Shown piece by piece: positions 20,128-29,497 of a stretch of 62,766 bases of DNA (the stretch's first letter is position 1; each line of letters opens with the position of its first letter). This DNA is from Flavobacteriales bacterium UBA7443 (lineage in GTDB: Bacteria > Bacteroidota > Bacteroidia > Flavobacteriales_D > Sanyastnellaceae), in NCBI GenBank assembly GCA_002477505.1, contig DLQB01000046.1:1-62766 (forward strand), in the 5' to 3' direction. Under the pieces are notes generated by a model. The model did no database searches. It saw nothing but the letters and a program-made list of their open reading frames with translations, and had not been told where the DNA came from. The position numbers and the translations under genes are program-made.

Positions 20128-21990
20128 TTACTCGATTCCTATTCGTTTTTCTACAGATCCGTCAGAATAAACAAAGAGTCGCAATTCACCCTTCATAGGC
20201 TTTGACTTTCTTCCCAAAAGATCCATTACCGCAATGAGCGTGCGTTCTTTAGGATTCAATTCATTCTCAAGACCCTCGGGCACATTACTGCATAACTGCT
20301 CAAAAAATAACCAAGCTTCGAGGCTCGCATCGATGTCCATATTTCCATAAGCACCCGGCCAATCATGACCACCTCCTTGGACTGTGTACAACCGAACTTC
20401 GCCACAACCACCACTGGGGTCACCATAGCGAATTGCATCCACTACACTTCCATCCCCTGGATCAATGTCCTCGAAAGAATAGACTTCTTCTTCTACCAAG
20501 TCAAAAAGATTGACGAAAAAATCCATGGTTTCTGGAATGCTCGGGTAGGCCCCCCATCCGTCATTGTTGTTGGGGTCGCCGTTGTAGTAGGTCACATTAT
20601 CATTCGTGCCATGGATTTCCAAAATCGGCACTTCGTTGGACGGAGCACAATTGTCCATGATTTCTTGCATGATCATGCCCGAAATTGGCGCAACCGCCTT
20701 GAAATGTTCGGAAGCCTCGCAAGCGAGCAGATAGCAGAAATCGCCGCCATTTGACATTCCCGTGCAAAAAACCTCATCTGATGAAACCCCATTTGTCGCT
20801 TCAAAGTAATCCGTCAGGGCTAGTAAAAATGCCACATCATCGACCGTTTCATTGTTCTGAAAATCATACCCAACATTCCAAAAAGAATTCCCATATGAAT
20901 CATCGATTCCTTGTGGATAGCAAACGGCGAATCCAAAGATATCGGCCAATGTATTGAAGCCGGAGTAGTCCATTATGCCCTGCGCACTTCCCGTGTAGCC
21001 GTGGCACACAAAAACCAAGGGACAAGAGGGCGACGCTGAAGCCGGCTTGTAAAAGATGTATTCACGCTGCACCCCCCCATCGAAGAGGGTTCCATATTCC
21101 AACACGGAAAGGTTCAATGTTTGCGTATTGTTGTCGGCATTGTCATCGGACACCCCATTGACTTCAGCAATCGAAACCGTCAGCGACAGCGAGCCCATGT
21201 CATCAATCGCCAATTCATCAGGATGAGTAAATCCATAAACCTGCCCTGGCGCCAATGCGAGGTCGGTGAACGTTGCGGTAAAATCTTCCCCTCCTACGGT
21301 CCACACAACCGACAGGCTTGAGATAATCTCCAAACCCGTGTTGGCGATGGTCCCCTCTATAGCAATCACTTCCCCTAGGGTTAAGTTGGAACTCACATCG
21401 ATAGAATTCAAAGCGGCGTCCAGTCCACTGGGTTCAAATACCACCACGTCATCAATGGCACAACCAAAGACCCATCCGCCATCGTCATTGTATCGGAAGG
21501 CCAAAAGCACCTCTGGAAGCCCCAATAGCGGTGTGAGACTTACCGTATGCCCATTCCATTCTCCATCCTCGGTTCCCTCGATGGTTTCAAGAACCTGCCA
21601 GGTGTTGCCTCCATCCAAGGAATATTCAATCGTTGCCACTTCGGTGTCACCCTCAAAGGTTCCTCCATCGTAAAAAGCATCAAACGTGAGCATCGCCGCT
21701 TCACTGTTTGAGAAATCAAGAACGGGCATAATCAAGTAATCTGCACTCTTGTCGCAATCACAACCGTCATCATTGGTGGCGATGAAATTTCCATGCGGTG
21801 CAATGCTCCACCATTCACTTTGCAATTGCCCGCTAGTTCCCATGAGCCAACCACCATCCGTCGCTAACGTTTGCTGTGACCATCCCTCTGGCAAAAATTC
21901 ACCTTCAAAATCTTCATTGAGGAGAATCGTTTGCCCGAAGGCAGAACACTGAGCGATCAGAAAGAAGATAATTGCTATTTGATAACGCAT
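20128..21990 (-). CDS. secreted alpha/beta-hydrolase esterase (PHB-depolymerase/feruloyl-esterase-like) with N-terminal beta-sandwich modules and short T9SS-like C-terminal tail
   Basis: Signal peptide MRYQIAIIFFLIAQCSAFGQ, N-terminal LLNEDFEGEFLPEGWSQQ module, esterase core CPLVFVCHGYTGSAQG...CYPQG and nucleophile elbow CTGMSNGG, then C-terminal ...LRLFVYSDGSVEKRIGIE. Alternative starts at 22020 and 22035. Confidence 0.75.
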   Translation of the reverse strand: MRYQIAIIFFLIAQCSAFGQTILLNEDFEGEFLPEGWSQQTLATDGGWLMGTSGQLQSEWWSIAPHGNFIATNDDGCDCDKSADYLIMPVLDFSNSEAAMLTFDAFYDGGTFEGDTEVATIEYSLDGGNTWQVLETIEGTEDGEWNGHTVSLTPLLGLPEVLLAFRYNDDGGWVFGCAIDDVVVFEPSGLDAALNSIDVSSNLTLGEVIAIEGTIANTGLEIISSLSVVWTVGGEDFTATFTDLALAPGQVYGFTHPDELAIDDMGSLSLTVSIAEVNGVSDDNADNNTQTLNLSVLEYGTLFDGGVQREYIFYKPASASPSCPLVFVCHGYTGSAQGIMDYSGFNTLADIFGFAVCYPQGIDDSYGNSFWNVGYDFQNNETVDDVAFLLALTDYFEATNGVSSDEVFCTGMSNGGDFCYLLACEASEHFKAVAPISGMIMQEIMDNCAPSNEVPILEIHGTNDNVTYYNGDPNNNDGWGAYPSIPETMDFFVNLFDLVEEEVYSFEDIDPGDGSVVDAIRYGDPSGGCGEVRLYTVQGGGHDWPGAYGNMDIDASLEAWLFFEQLCSNVPEGLENELNPKERTLIAVMDLLGRKSKPMKGELRLFVYSDGSVEKRIGIE

Positions 21991-22098
21991 GAGCAGATGT
22001 TTAGCGCGGAAATTAATCATACATTTTTCGTTCAACGCATTTGAAACGTCATTTGTAGGTCACGTTGCAGGTGCGAATGGATTGAAGTATTTTAGACC

Positions 22099-23592
22099 AT
22101 GCGAATTTTGACAACGTTTCTTTCCTTGGCCTTCGCGGTGGTATCATTCTCTCAGTCCGATTGCGGCTGGCAGCCAGATAGTGATGAAAATAATTTTATC
22201 AGTGTCACTGATATCCTTGCCATACTCGCAGTTTTCGGACAAGCAGATGTGGATCAAGACGGTATATGGGATGCATCAGACGTTTGTATCGACCCTGAAG
22301 CGTGCAATTACGCTGCGGATCCAAGCGTTCCATGCGAATTTTTGGATGCGGCAGGAATATGTGGTGGAAGCAACGATATTCCAGCCTTGCTCATTGGGTC
22401 ATGGGCTTTGAGCACAGCTGCTGGCGCCGTGGAGGTCGGCCCCTCACCGGGGTCGAATGAATGGTATTCCAGCGGATCAAATGGCCTGCAAAGTGCTCAA
22501 TACGACGACATCTATACCTTTCAAACGAACGGTTCATTGATCGCAGACTACAACGGATCCATCATCGACGCCTTTGCAGATTACAGCGAACAAGGATTCA
22601 GCTGTACACCGATCGATTTTGATTTCAATGCATCAGATACATCAGGTGACGCATCAACCATTGAATTATCAGCAGCATCCACATCCTGCAGTTGTCCTTT
22701 CATTGGAACCAATGATGCGGGTCTCATATACACCATCACCACCCTGACCTCGAACACCCTGCAGCTTCAGGCGCAAGGGGATGACAGCAACTGCAATGAA
22801 GCTGACCTCTATTTTACGTTCACGTTTGTGCGTTTAAATAATGAATCCGGCGATGGTACAGGCTATCCAGCCCCCGAATCGTATCCTGGGATGACGCTCG
22901 TTTGGTCCGATGAATTCGATGGAAGTGCCGTGAATACGGAAAACTGGACATACGACCTGGGAGCCAGCGGCTGGGGCAACAACGAATGGCAGAACTATAC
23001 CAATTCTGTCTCCAACAGCGATGTGTCGAACGGATTCCTGACCATAACAGCACGTCAAGAAGGGTCGTCTTACACCTCCGCCCGTCTCAAAACGCAAGGA
23101 TTGCAAGATTTTCAATACGGACGAATCGACATTCGAGCAAAGCTTCCCGAAGGCCAAGGAATTTGGCCAGCACTTTGGATGTTGGGCATTTCCATTGCTG
23201 ACGGCGGTTGGCCGCAATGCGGAGAGATTGACATAATGGAAATGGTCGGACACGAACCCGGAACCGTCCACGGAACCGCACACTGGGGCAGCAGTTGGAA
23301 TGTTCACCAATACAACGGTTCAAGCATTGGCCTACCAAATGGTGAGCACTTCAGCGAAGCCTTTCATCTGTTTTCTGTGGATTGGCAAGAAGATCAAATC
23401 ACCTGGTACATGGATGATCAGGAGTATTACAGCATTACATCCAGCCAGATGAACGGCCAGCCTTATCCTTTCAATGATTCCTTCTTCTTCATCATGAACA
23501 TAGCTGTGGGTGGCAATTGGCCCGGGTATCCAGATGCCTCGACCTCTTTTCCGCAAGAAATGATCGTCGATTGCGTTCGAGTGTTTCAATGA
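22099..23592 (+). CDS. secreted glycoside hydrolase family 16 (laminarinase/beta-glucanase-like) with N-terminal accessory modules
   Basis: Signal peptide MRILTTFLSLAFAVVSFSQS, GH16 catalytic motif GEIDIMEMVG (E-x-D-x-x-E), WPALWMLG and F.IMNIAVGGNWPG. No T9SS tail visible. Confidence 0.88.
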   Translation: MRILTTFLSLAFAVVSFSQSDCGWQPDSDENNFISVTDILAILAVFGQADVDQDGIWDASDVCIDPEACNYAADPSVPCEFLDAAGICGGSNDIPALLIGSWALSTAAGAVEVGPSPGSNEWYSSGSNGLQSAQYDDIYTFQTNGSLIADYNGSIIDAFADYSEQGFSCTPIDFDFNASDTSGDASTIELSAASTSCSCPFIGTNDAGLIYTITTLTSNTLQLQAQGDDSNCNEADLYFTFTFVRLNNESGDGTGYPAPESYPGMTLVWSDEFDGSAVNTENWTYDLGASGWGNNEWQNYTNSVSNSDVSNGFLTITARQEGSSYTSARLKTQGLQDFQYGRIDIRAKLPEGQGIWPALWMLGISIADGGWPQCGEIDIMEMVGHEPGTVHGTAHWGSSWNVHQYNGSSIGLPNGEHFSEAFHLFSVDWQEDQITWYMDDQEYYSITSSQMNGQPYPFNDSFFFIMNIAVGGNWPGYPDASTSFPQEMIVDCVRVFQ

Positions 23593-24462
23593 TTGGCCAA
23601 CTGCATGCATTTAAATGATCCAACCCCCCACAATGGCTCCTGGTTCATGGATCGAGAGTGGTGTCGCTTGACGACCGGAAATGAGCCATGGGAAGGCCCT
23701 AATGGAATACTACTCTCGGCGTCACGCATCAAAGGAATTCCAGCACTCATAACCGCTCCATGGGCTCTGCATTCCGAATGGCAAGGAGAGGCAATTGATG
23801 CCGTTAAGCTAGCCCTCGAAAAGCAAGATCGGGCATTGGTGGTTCTTGACCTTCCCCTTGATGCAAGCTGCAGCTGGCTATCACCATGGTTAGTTCAAGA
23901 AGGCCACACCCGTATACTCAATTGGAGCAGCGAGGAATCGGGATTGAAGCGTTGGCCGAAACATCGCCTGAAACAAGTCAAAAAGGCAATGACTCGAGGA
24001 ATTGTGATTGAATCATCCCACGATGTAAATGAGATGGTGCAACTGCACCAAATGGCTCGGCATCGGAAATCAATTGCATCCGATGAAGAAGGGTTGAAAA
24101 GGCTTCTCGAACATGTTTTCAAAAGTCCGCACCAATCCAGTCTTGTTGCTCGGGATGCAACAGGAAACGCCATTGCCAATGCCATTATACTGCACAACCA
24201 CGGTCGATCCATCTATGCATTTGGGGGGCAAAAACGATCCTCGAATTCTGCCTTGGCAACCGTATATCTGCTGCATCGCGCCATGGAAATAGCTGCAGAA
24301 ATCGGGCAAACCTCATTCGATTTCGGAGGGTCACGAGATTCCGGTGTAGACAGTTTCTACGCCGAATTTGGCGCGCAAAAGGTGCGCAGACAACGAGCAA
24401 TCCTCTGCAGAAAGCCTCAAAGTTGGTGGTTGCGTTTGCTCCGCCCCGATTTGATGGCCTGA
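23593..24462 (+). CDS. FemAB-like / GNAT-fold acyl(aminoacyl)transferase family protein
   Basis: C-terminal half LVARDATGNAIANAIILHNHGRSIYAFGGQ...ATVYLLHRAMEIAAEIGQTSFDFGGS...FYAEFGAQ matches the FemAB/BioF2-like acetyltransferase pattern. The gene starts directly after the GH16 stop (TTG at 23593 or ATG at 23605). Confidence 0.6.
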   Translation: MANCMHLNDPTPHNGSWFMDREWCRLTTGNEPWEGPNGILLSASRIKGIPALITAPWALHSEWQGEAIDAVKLALEKQDRALVVLDLPLDASCSWLSPWLVQEGHTRILNWSSEESGLKRWPKHRLKQVKKAMTRGIVIESSHDVNEMVQLHQMARHRKSIASDEEGLKRLLEHVFKSPHQSSLVARDATGNAIANAIILHNHGRSIYAFGGQKRSSNSALATVYLLHRAMEIAAEIGQTSFDFGGSRDSGVDSFYAEFGAQKVRRQRAILCRKPQSWWLRLLRPDLMA

Positions 24463-24476
24463 ATCAAATGATTGTT

Positions 24477-26714
24477 CTAGCGAACGACACTCAACTCCCC
24501 AACGTATTGAAACGGCAACTCATCGCATACATGACGCGCCGAAAGCGTTACATAGTACGTGCCTTCCAACACTTCCTCGGAAGGACGCCAAGCCCGACCT
24601 CCTTGGGACGATTCGAAGACAGCATTGCCCCATCGGTTGTAAATACTCAAATCATAGAATACAAAATCTCCCGGGTCCAAGGCAGAAAACACATTGTTAT
24701 CACCATCCATCAAGACCGGTGAAAACGAGTCGTTGCGGCCGTCATTGTTCGGTGAAATCACGTTAGGGACCTCATAAGTGACTCCCGTCAATGGTTGTGG
24801 AATTTCCGCTTCAATGTCATACACAACCGTTAAGTCGCAAGCAGCATTGAACAAAGTCAATGATCCGAAGTAGACACCAACTCCGGGAAAGTTTACTTGT
24901 GCGGTTAACTCAGAAGTGCTGATTACGCCCGGAAAATCCCAGGAGAGTTCATCCGCACCCACACCTGAATGCTCCAGCAATACAAATCCAGTCTCGTCGC
25001 ATTGAGCAAGCGGCTGCACGGTGTAAACGGAATCAAAAGGGAATTCAGGAAACAAAGTGATCTCGAGCGATTGGGAGTCAGCGCAATCCGTTCCAGCACC
25101 TGCCGTTAGCAATACCTCATAAGTTCCAAAAGCCGGATAAGTGAATGACGGGCTGATTTCATTGTTGATACTGCCGGAACCCCCACCAAAATCCCAAGAA
25201 AACGGCCCCGTATCGGGAGATAAATTCACAAAAGATGCCTGCAAACCACTGCATGGCTCGTAGTCAATTTCAAAATTCGCAAAAGGCAAATCAGGAAGCG
25301 CTACATCAAACGTAGCAGTCTGTGTGCAGGAGAATGCCGATGATTCCAGCTCAACGGTCACATCTGAACCTGCCGCAAATAGAATTTCATCTGGGGTTGA
25401 ATTCGATGCAGCATTTGGACTGGAATTGCCCCCGAAAGACCAATCCCAATTGATGTAATTCGTCCAATCTGAATCATCCAGTACCAATTGACCCAACCAG
25501 CCTCCATCGCTGCACACCAAATCAGTGACCTCGAAATCGGTATTCCAAGGATCGTGAACCACCAACTCAAAAAACAATGAATCCGAGCACGAGCCGGTTT
25601 CAAAAAACAAACTCACATCGTAAATACCAGGCTCTTCGTAAGTGTACTGGGGCTCTGCATCCGAGCTTTCATCCTCCGTCGTTTCGTTTGCACCAAAATC
25701 CCAGAAATAGGAATCGCTTGGATTGCCGAACTGCTCGAAATCGATGGTAAGTCCACTACACGGATCGGGCAAGTCATAGGCAGGCGACAATATGTTACAC
25801 ACCACAATGTCCATGGTGAAATCCCTCAGAATGGAGCCAATCTGCTGACCATTTCTCCATTCCGTAACGACAATCCCCAGGGCAAATTTCCCATTCGTGG
25901 TAGGGGTTCCACTTAAGATACCGGTGACGGGATTGATCACCAATCCACTGCCCGGTCCTAAGGGCGCCTGGGCAGCATATCCTGGAGCCCAATTGACCGG
26001 ACTGAAAGGCGGACCCGTTGGAGGATTTGGAATCGGCTGAAAAGGAGTGCCACCGAGGTAAATCGGACTGATGGCATAACTCAACGAGTCCCCATCCACA
26101 TCCACCGCGCTGTTATCGATCGAAAATGGATAGTTACTGCAAGCAAAGGCCTGCGGCAATTCATTGAAGCTCGGGGATGAATTGACAAAGTTGGAGGACG
26201 TATTCCCGGGGATGCTCGTCACTAGTGAAAAGCCTTGGTCCTCCGGAATGGTTAAATTCAAGATGGCGGGAGAGCGACAACATCGTTGGTGCACCAAGGT
26301 ATAAGCCTGTTGGCTTGCGGGCAACGAGACATTGATGATGTACTCTGCCCTTTCAACGCAAAGATCCTCGGGTAGAAAAGCACAGTTATTGGGGTTCTCA
26401 GGGATAACATCGGTGACCAGTGCAGGATTTAAATTTCCAGAAGCCACCTGGAACAAGTTGTTGCCCTGGTAAATACCAACTGCAGCCGAAGCATCAAATT
26501 CAGTGCCATTCGAATTGTTGGAGCTGCAATCCCGGTAGATGAAGCAATGCACTTCGAATTCATTTTCACCCTGCCCATTCTGCCCTACAAGTTCGTATGT
26601 CAATTCCCCTCCCACCAAATGTGTGGCCGATCCCCGCAAGGAAGGAACGAGCATTGCACACAAAGCGACTAGAGCGCTAGGCGAATAATGCCATGGTTTG
26701 AGCATCTTCATCAT
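24477..26714 (-). CDS. large cell-surface protein with PKD-like repeats and T9SS type B (gliding-motility-associated) C-terminal domain
   Basis: N-terminal THLVGGELTYE module, repeated F.DFS / W.FG PKD-like units, and a C-terminal VPNVISPNNDGRNDSF...YDLSIYNRWGN...W motif that is diagnostic of the type B sorting domain. Confidence 0.85.
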   Translation of the reverse strand: MMKMLKPWHYSPSALVALCAMLVPSLRGSATHLVGGELTYELVGQNGQGENEFEVHCFIYRDCSSNNSNGTEFDASAAVGIYQGNNLFQVASGNLNPALVTDVIPENPNNCAFLPEDLCVERAEYIINVSLPASQQAYTLVHQRCCRSPAILNLTIPEDQGFSLVTSIPGNTSSNFVNSSPSFNELPQAFACSNYPFSIDNSAVDVDGDSLSYAISPIYLGGTPFQPIPNPPTGPPFSPVNWAPGYAAQAPLGPGSGLVINPVTGILSGTPTTNGKFALGIVVTEWRNGQQIGSILRDFTMDIVVCNILSPAYDLPDPCSGLTIDFEQFGNPSDSYFWDFGANETTEDESSDAEPQYTYEEPGIYDVSLFFETGSCSDSLFFELVVHDPWNTDFEVTDLVCSDGGWLGQLVLDDSDWTNYINWDWSFGGNSSPNAASNSTPDEILFAAGSDVTVELESSAFSCTQTATFDVALPDLPFANFEIDYEPCSGLQASFVNLSPDTGPFSWDFGGGSGSINNEISPSFTYPAFGTYEVLLTAGAGTDCADSQSLEITLFPEFPFDSVYTVQPLAQCDETGFVLLEHSGVGADELSWDFPGVISTSELTAQVNFPGVGVYFGSLTLFNAACDLTVVYDIEAEIPQPLTGVTYEVPNVISPNNDGRNDSFSPVLMDGDNNVFSALDPGDFVFYDLSIYNRWGNAVFESSQGGRAWRPSEEVLEGTYYVTLSARHVCDELPFQYVGELSVVR

Positions 26715-26833
26715 GTCAGCAAGGTAGAATGAAATTGTCACACACCTCCTCAAACCCATCAAGGATAGAACCGAGCGGAGACTATTGCGATGGCCCGAAT
26801 AAAAGAAACGTAGGAGGCGAGAGAAAATGCGAA

Positions 26834-26841
26834 TAACTTTG
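26834..26841 (+). promoter_or_regulatory. candidate -7 promoter box (TAACTTTG) 4 nt upstream of the GWxTD gene ATG
   Basis: Exact TAnnTTTG match. The spacing implies a leaderless or near-leaderless transcript. Confidence 0.4.
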
Positions 26842-26845
26842 GACC

Positions 26846-28336
26846 ATGAGACAACGATTTCAATTCAGCCAAACCCTCACCGCCTTTCTGGCAATGACCG
26901 TGGTGCACATCGGTGCCATCCATGCGCAAGCCGAAGCCGTCTGGATCGACTTGTTGCGTTTTCAAAATGGAGATGAACCCTACGTTGAAATTCAACTGGA
27001 ATTTAAGAGCGCGGCATTTGTTGCTGAACGCGCAGAAAACGGTTGGCAAACCGCCGCGACATTTGAGGCAACGTTAGAGGATGCGGACGGGATAATTAAT
27101 TACGCGAAAACCCGCATTAAAGGACCAGTCGAAGTAGACTCGACCCAGGCTGTTTCTGGAACGCAGCTGCATATCGAACGAGTAATTGCTCCGACCGGTA
27201 ATTACCGATTGAACATTGCATTGGCCGATGCTTCAATGCACGGACAATTCTCAACGGAAAACAGCATGGATTTGACCATCCCGCTTTCGGATGCTCCTCG
27301 GTGGTCTGACGCCTTTGTAATTGAGGCCTATGCGCCGACCAATCCGGAAGCGCCAAGTCAACTTTCGCGCTCAGGCTTTGACATGCTGCCCGTGGTCGGA
27401 GGAAGAATTGGTTCAAGTGCTGAACGTATTCAATTTTATACTGAGCTATATGGCGTTCAGGATGCGGTGGATTCGTTGTTCTTGGTGAGTTGTTGGATTG
27501 AAGACGCTAACGGCCGAATCGAACCTGGTACACAGCGGTTTTACCGAAAATCTGCGCAAGATGTTGTTCCATTGTTCACGTCAATCCCTACTGCGGGAAT
27601 CGAACTGCAACCACAATCGCGGTTGGTTGTGCAAGCCGCAACCCGAGAAAATCAAGTTATCGCTCAAACGGCATTGCCCTTGGATATTCAACTTCCATCT
27701 CCTGTTGCAAGTGATTGGGCTACCGCCGGCAATCACTACTTGATTGACTTCACCGATTCATTGACCTTGATCCAGCACGTTCGCGATCATCATCCACGTG
27801 CAGATGCATCACAAAGGCACACAATCGATGGGTTCATAGAGGTTGCAAGTGTGGAACAGATGCAGGCGTTCTTGCTCTCTCTATGGGAGGAACAATCGCC
27901 CGAAAATCCCGAATTGGGATGGCGCGAATACACCACAGCCATTGCTTATGTTGATTCTGCCTATGGGGCATGCCGCAACAACCATGGAGCAGAAACAGAT
28001 ATGGGGTACACCTACCTCCGTTATGGGCCGCCCAACACCATCATCAAGCGGCACAACGAAACAGATTACTATCCTTATGAAATCTGGCATTACCACCGTG
28101 CAGGGCCATTTACCAACAAACGCTTTCTTTTCTTCTGTCCTCACATGGTGGCAGAATGCTTCGTCACCCTTCATTCCGACATGCTCGGGGAAGTCCAAAA
28201 TGCAGATTGGTTGCATCAATTGCGAAACCGTGAGAACCGACTTCGCGTAACAGATAGTCAGTTGAATCGATTGAATCCGCGCAGAGACACTTTCTCAGGC
28301 GAGGAACCTGAAGATCTTTTCTTCAATCCGAGATGA
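26846..28336 (+). CDS. GWxTD domain-containing exported protein
   Basis: Signal peptide (LTAFLAMTVVHIGAIHAQA) and a C-terminal ELGWREYT...TDMGYTYLRYGPPNTI...YPYEIWHY block typical of the GWxTD domain. Confidence 0.7.
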   Translation: MRQRFQFSQTLTAFLAMTVVHIGAIHAQAEAVWIDLLRFQNGDEPYVEIQLEFKSAAFVAERAENGWQTAATFEATLEDADGIINYAKTRIKGPVEVDSTQAVSGTQLHIERVIAPTGNYRLNIALADASMHGQFSTENSMDLTIPLSDAPRWSDAFVIEAYAPTNPEAPSQLSRSGFDMLPVVGGRIGSSAERIQFYTELYGVQDAVDSLFLVSCWIEDANGRIEPGTQRFYRKSAQDVVPLFTSIPTAGIELQPQSRLVVQAATRENQVIAQTALPLDIQLPSPVASDWATAGNHYLIDFTDSLTLIQHVRDHHPRADASQRHTIDGFIEVASVEQMQAFLLSLWEEQSPENPELGWREYTTAIAYVDSAYGACRNNHGAETDMGYTYLRYGPPNTIIKRHNETDYYPYEIWHYHRAGPFTNKRFLFFCPHMVAECFVTLHSDMLGEVQNADWLHQLRNRENRLRVTDSQLNRLNPRRDTFSGEEPEDLFFNPR

Positions 28337-29406
28337 ACGCGCATATCAATAAGCATCAAACGGCTGTCGCCATCCTTAACTGGAACGGCCTTGAACATCT
28401 GCAGGCGTACCTGCCTTCCGTTGTTGAACATTCACAAGGAGCAGCGCACGTTGTGGTCATCGACAACGGCAGCTCAGATGAGTCCATCGTATGGTGCCAG
28501 CAAGCATTTCCGAGCGTTGAAATCATTGCTTTGAAGGAAAACTTGGGGTTCGCAGGTGGTTACAATGCCGGACTCGCGCAGATCAATGCTGAAAATTACG
28601 TCCTCCTCAACAGCGATGTTCGCGTAACGTCGAATTGGATTGCTCCGGTCCTCCAAGCAATGAAAAAAGAAGGTTTTTCGGCATGCCAACCCATCATTCG
28701 CAACGACTCTGACCCTGAACTTTTGGAGTATGCTGGTGCTGCAGGTGGTTTCATCGATAAAGATGGCTATACTTTTTGCGCGGGTCGCATTTTTGAAGTT
28801 TTCGAATCTGACACTGGACAATACGCTTCCAACCGTGAAGTTTTCTGGGCTTCCGGAGCCGCTTTGTTCATTCGAGCTGAAGCCTTTCATGAAGTTGGAG
28901 GATTGGATGCTGATTTTTTTGCGCACATGGAAGAAATCGATTTGTGCTGGCGCCTTAAAAATCGCGGCCATCGAATCGGTGTTTGTGGAGCATCTCGGGT
29001 CTTTCATCTTGGCGGAGGCACGCTCCAAAAAATTAGTCCGTTCAAATCCTATTTGAATTTTAGGAACAACCTGTTTCTGTTGGTCAAAAATCATCACCGC
29101 GCTGCATTGTATCCCATGATTCTTCGTCGTATGGTTTTGGATGGAATCGCAGCATTGAAGTTTCTTTCTGAAGGATCCAAACCACTATTTGGTGCTGTGC
29201 TAAAAGCCCACCGGGACTTCAAGGATGCATTGCCAGCAATGCGACAAAAGCGTAAGCTAGAAATGGAAGCATGCCAGGCAAGCAACATCGCTCCAGGCCG
29301 GCATTCTCACAATTACACAGGTTGGTACCGGAGGAGTATTCTCATTGATTACTTTCTCCTGAAGAAGCACACCTTCCACCACCTGAATTACAAAAAATTC
29401 GAGTAG
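28333..29406 (+). CDS. family 2 glycosyltransferase
   Basis: AVAILNWNG, VVIDNGSSDES, GFAGGYN, LNSDV and EEIDLCWR, which are GT2 (rhamnosyltransferase-like) motifs. The ATGA overlaps the upstream stop. Confidence 0.88.
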   Translation: MNAHINKHQTAVAILNWNGLEHLQAYLPSVVEHSQGAAHVVVIDNGSSDESIVWCQQAFPSVEIIALKENLGFAGGYNAGLAQINAENYVLLNSDVRVTSNWIAPVLQAMKKEGFSACQPIIRNDSDPELLEYAGAAGGFIDKDGYTFCAGRIFEVFESDTGQYASNREVFWASGAALFIRAEAFHEVGGLDADFFAHMEEIDLCWRLKNRGHRIGVCGASRVFHLGGGTLQKISPFKSYLNFRNNLFLLVKNHHRAALYPMILRRMVLDGIAALKFLSEGSKPLFGAVLKAHRDFKDALPAMRQKRKLEMEACQASNIAPGRHSHNYTGWYRRSILIDYFLLKKHTFHHLNYKKFE

Positions 29407-29497
29407 CAGTCAAAGATGCTGATTGGCCTCAGTAGGCTCCCGAATGGCGCGAGCAAATCAGATAAGAATCGGATGAGTTTTCGTCACATGTTTGGGC

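Noticed and set aside
22036-22098. Short divergent spacer between the esterase and GH16 genes as a shared regulatory site (TTTG/TATTTTAG elements).
   Set aside because: There are only one-mismatch promoter-like boxes and no symmetric operator. The relevant point is already covered under the leaderless-promoter observation, and there is not enough evidence for a separate claim.
19974-26762. tRNA-Ser as the attachment site of a genomic island carrying the secreted hydrolase genes.
   Set aside because: There is no integrase, recombinase or transposase gene. I found no direct repeat of the tRNA 3' end flanking the block. The genes on both sides of the tRNA are of the same kind (T9SS cargo).
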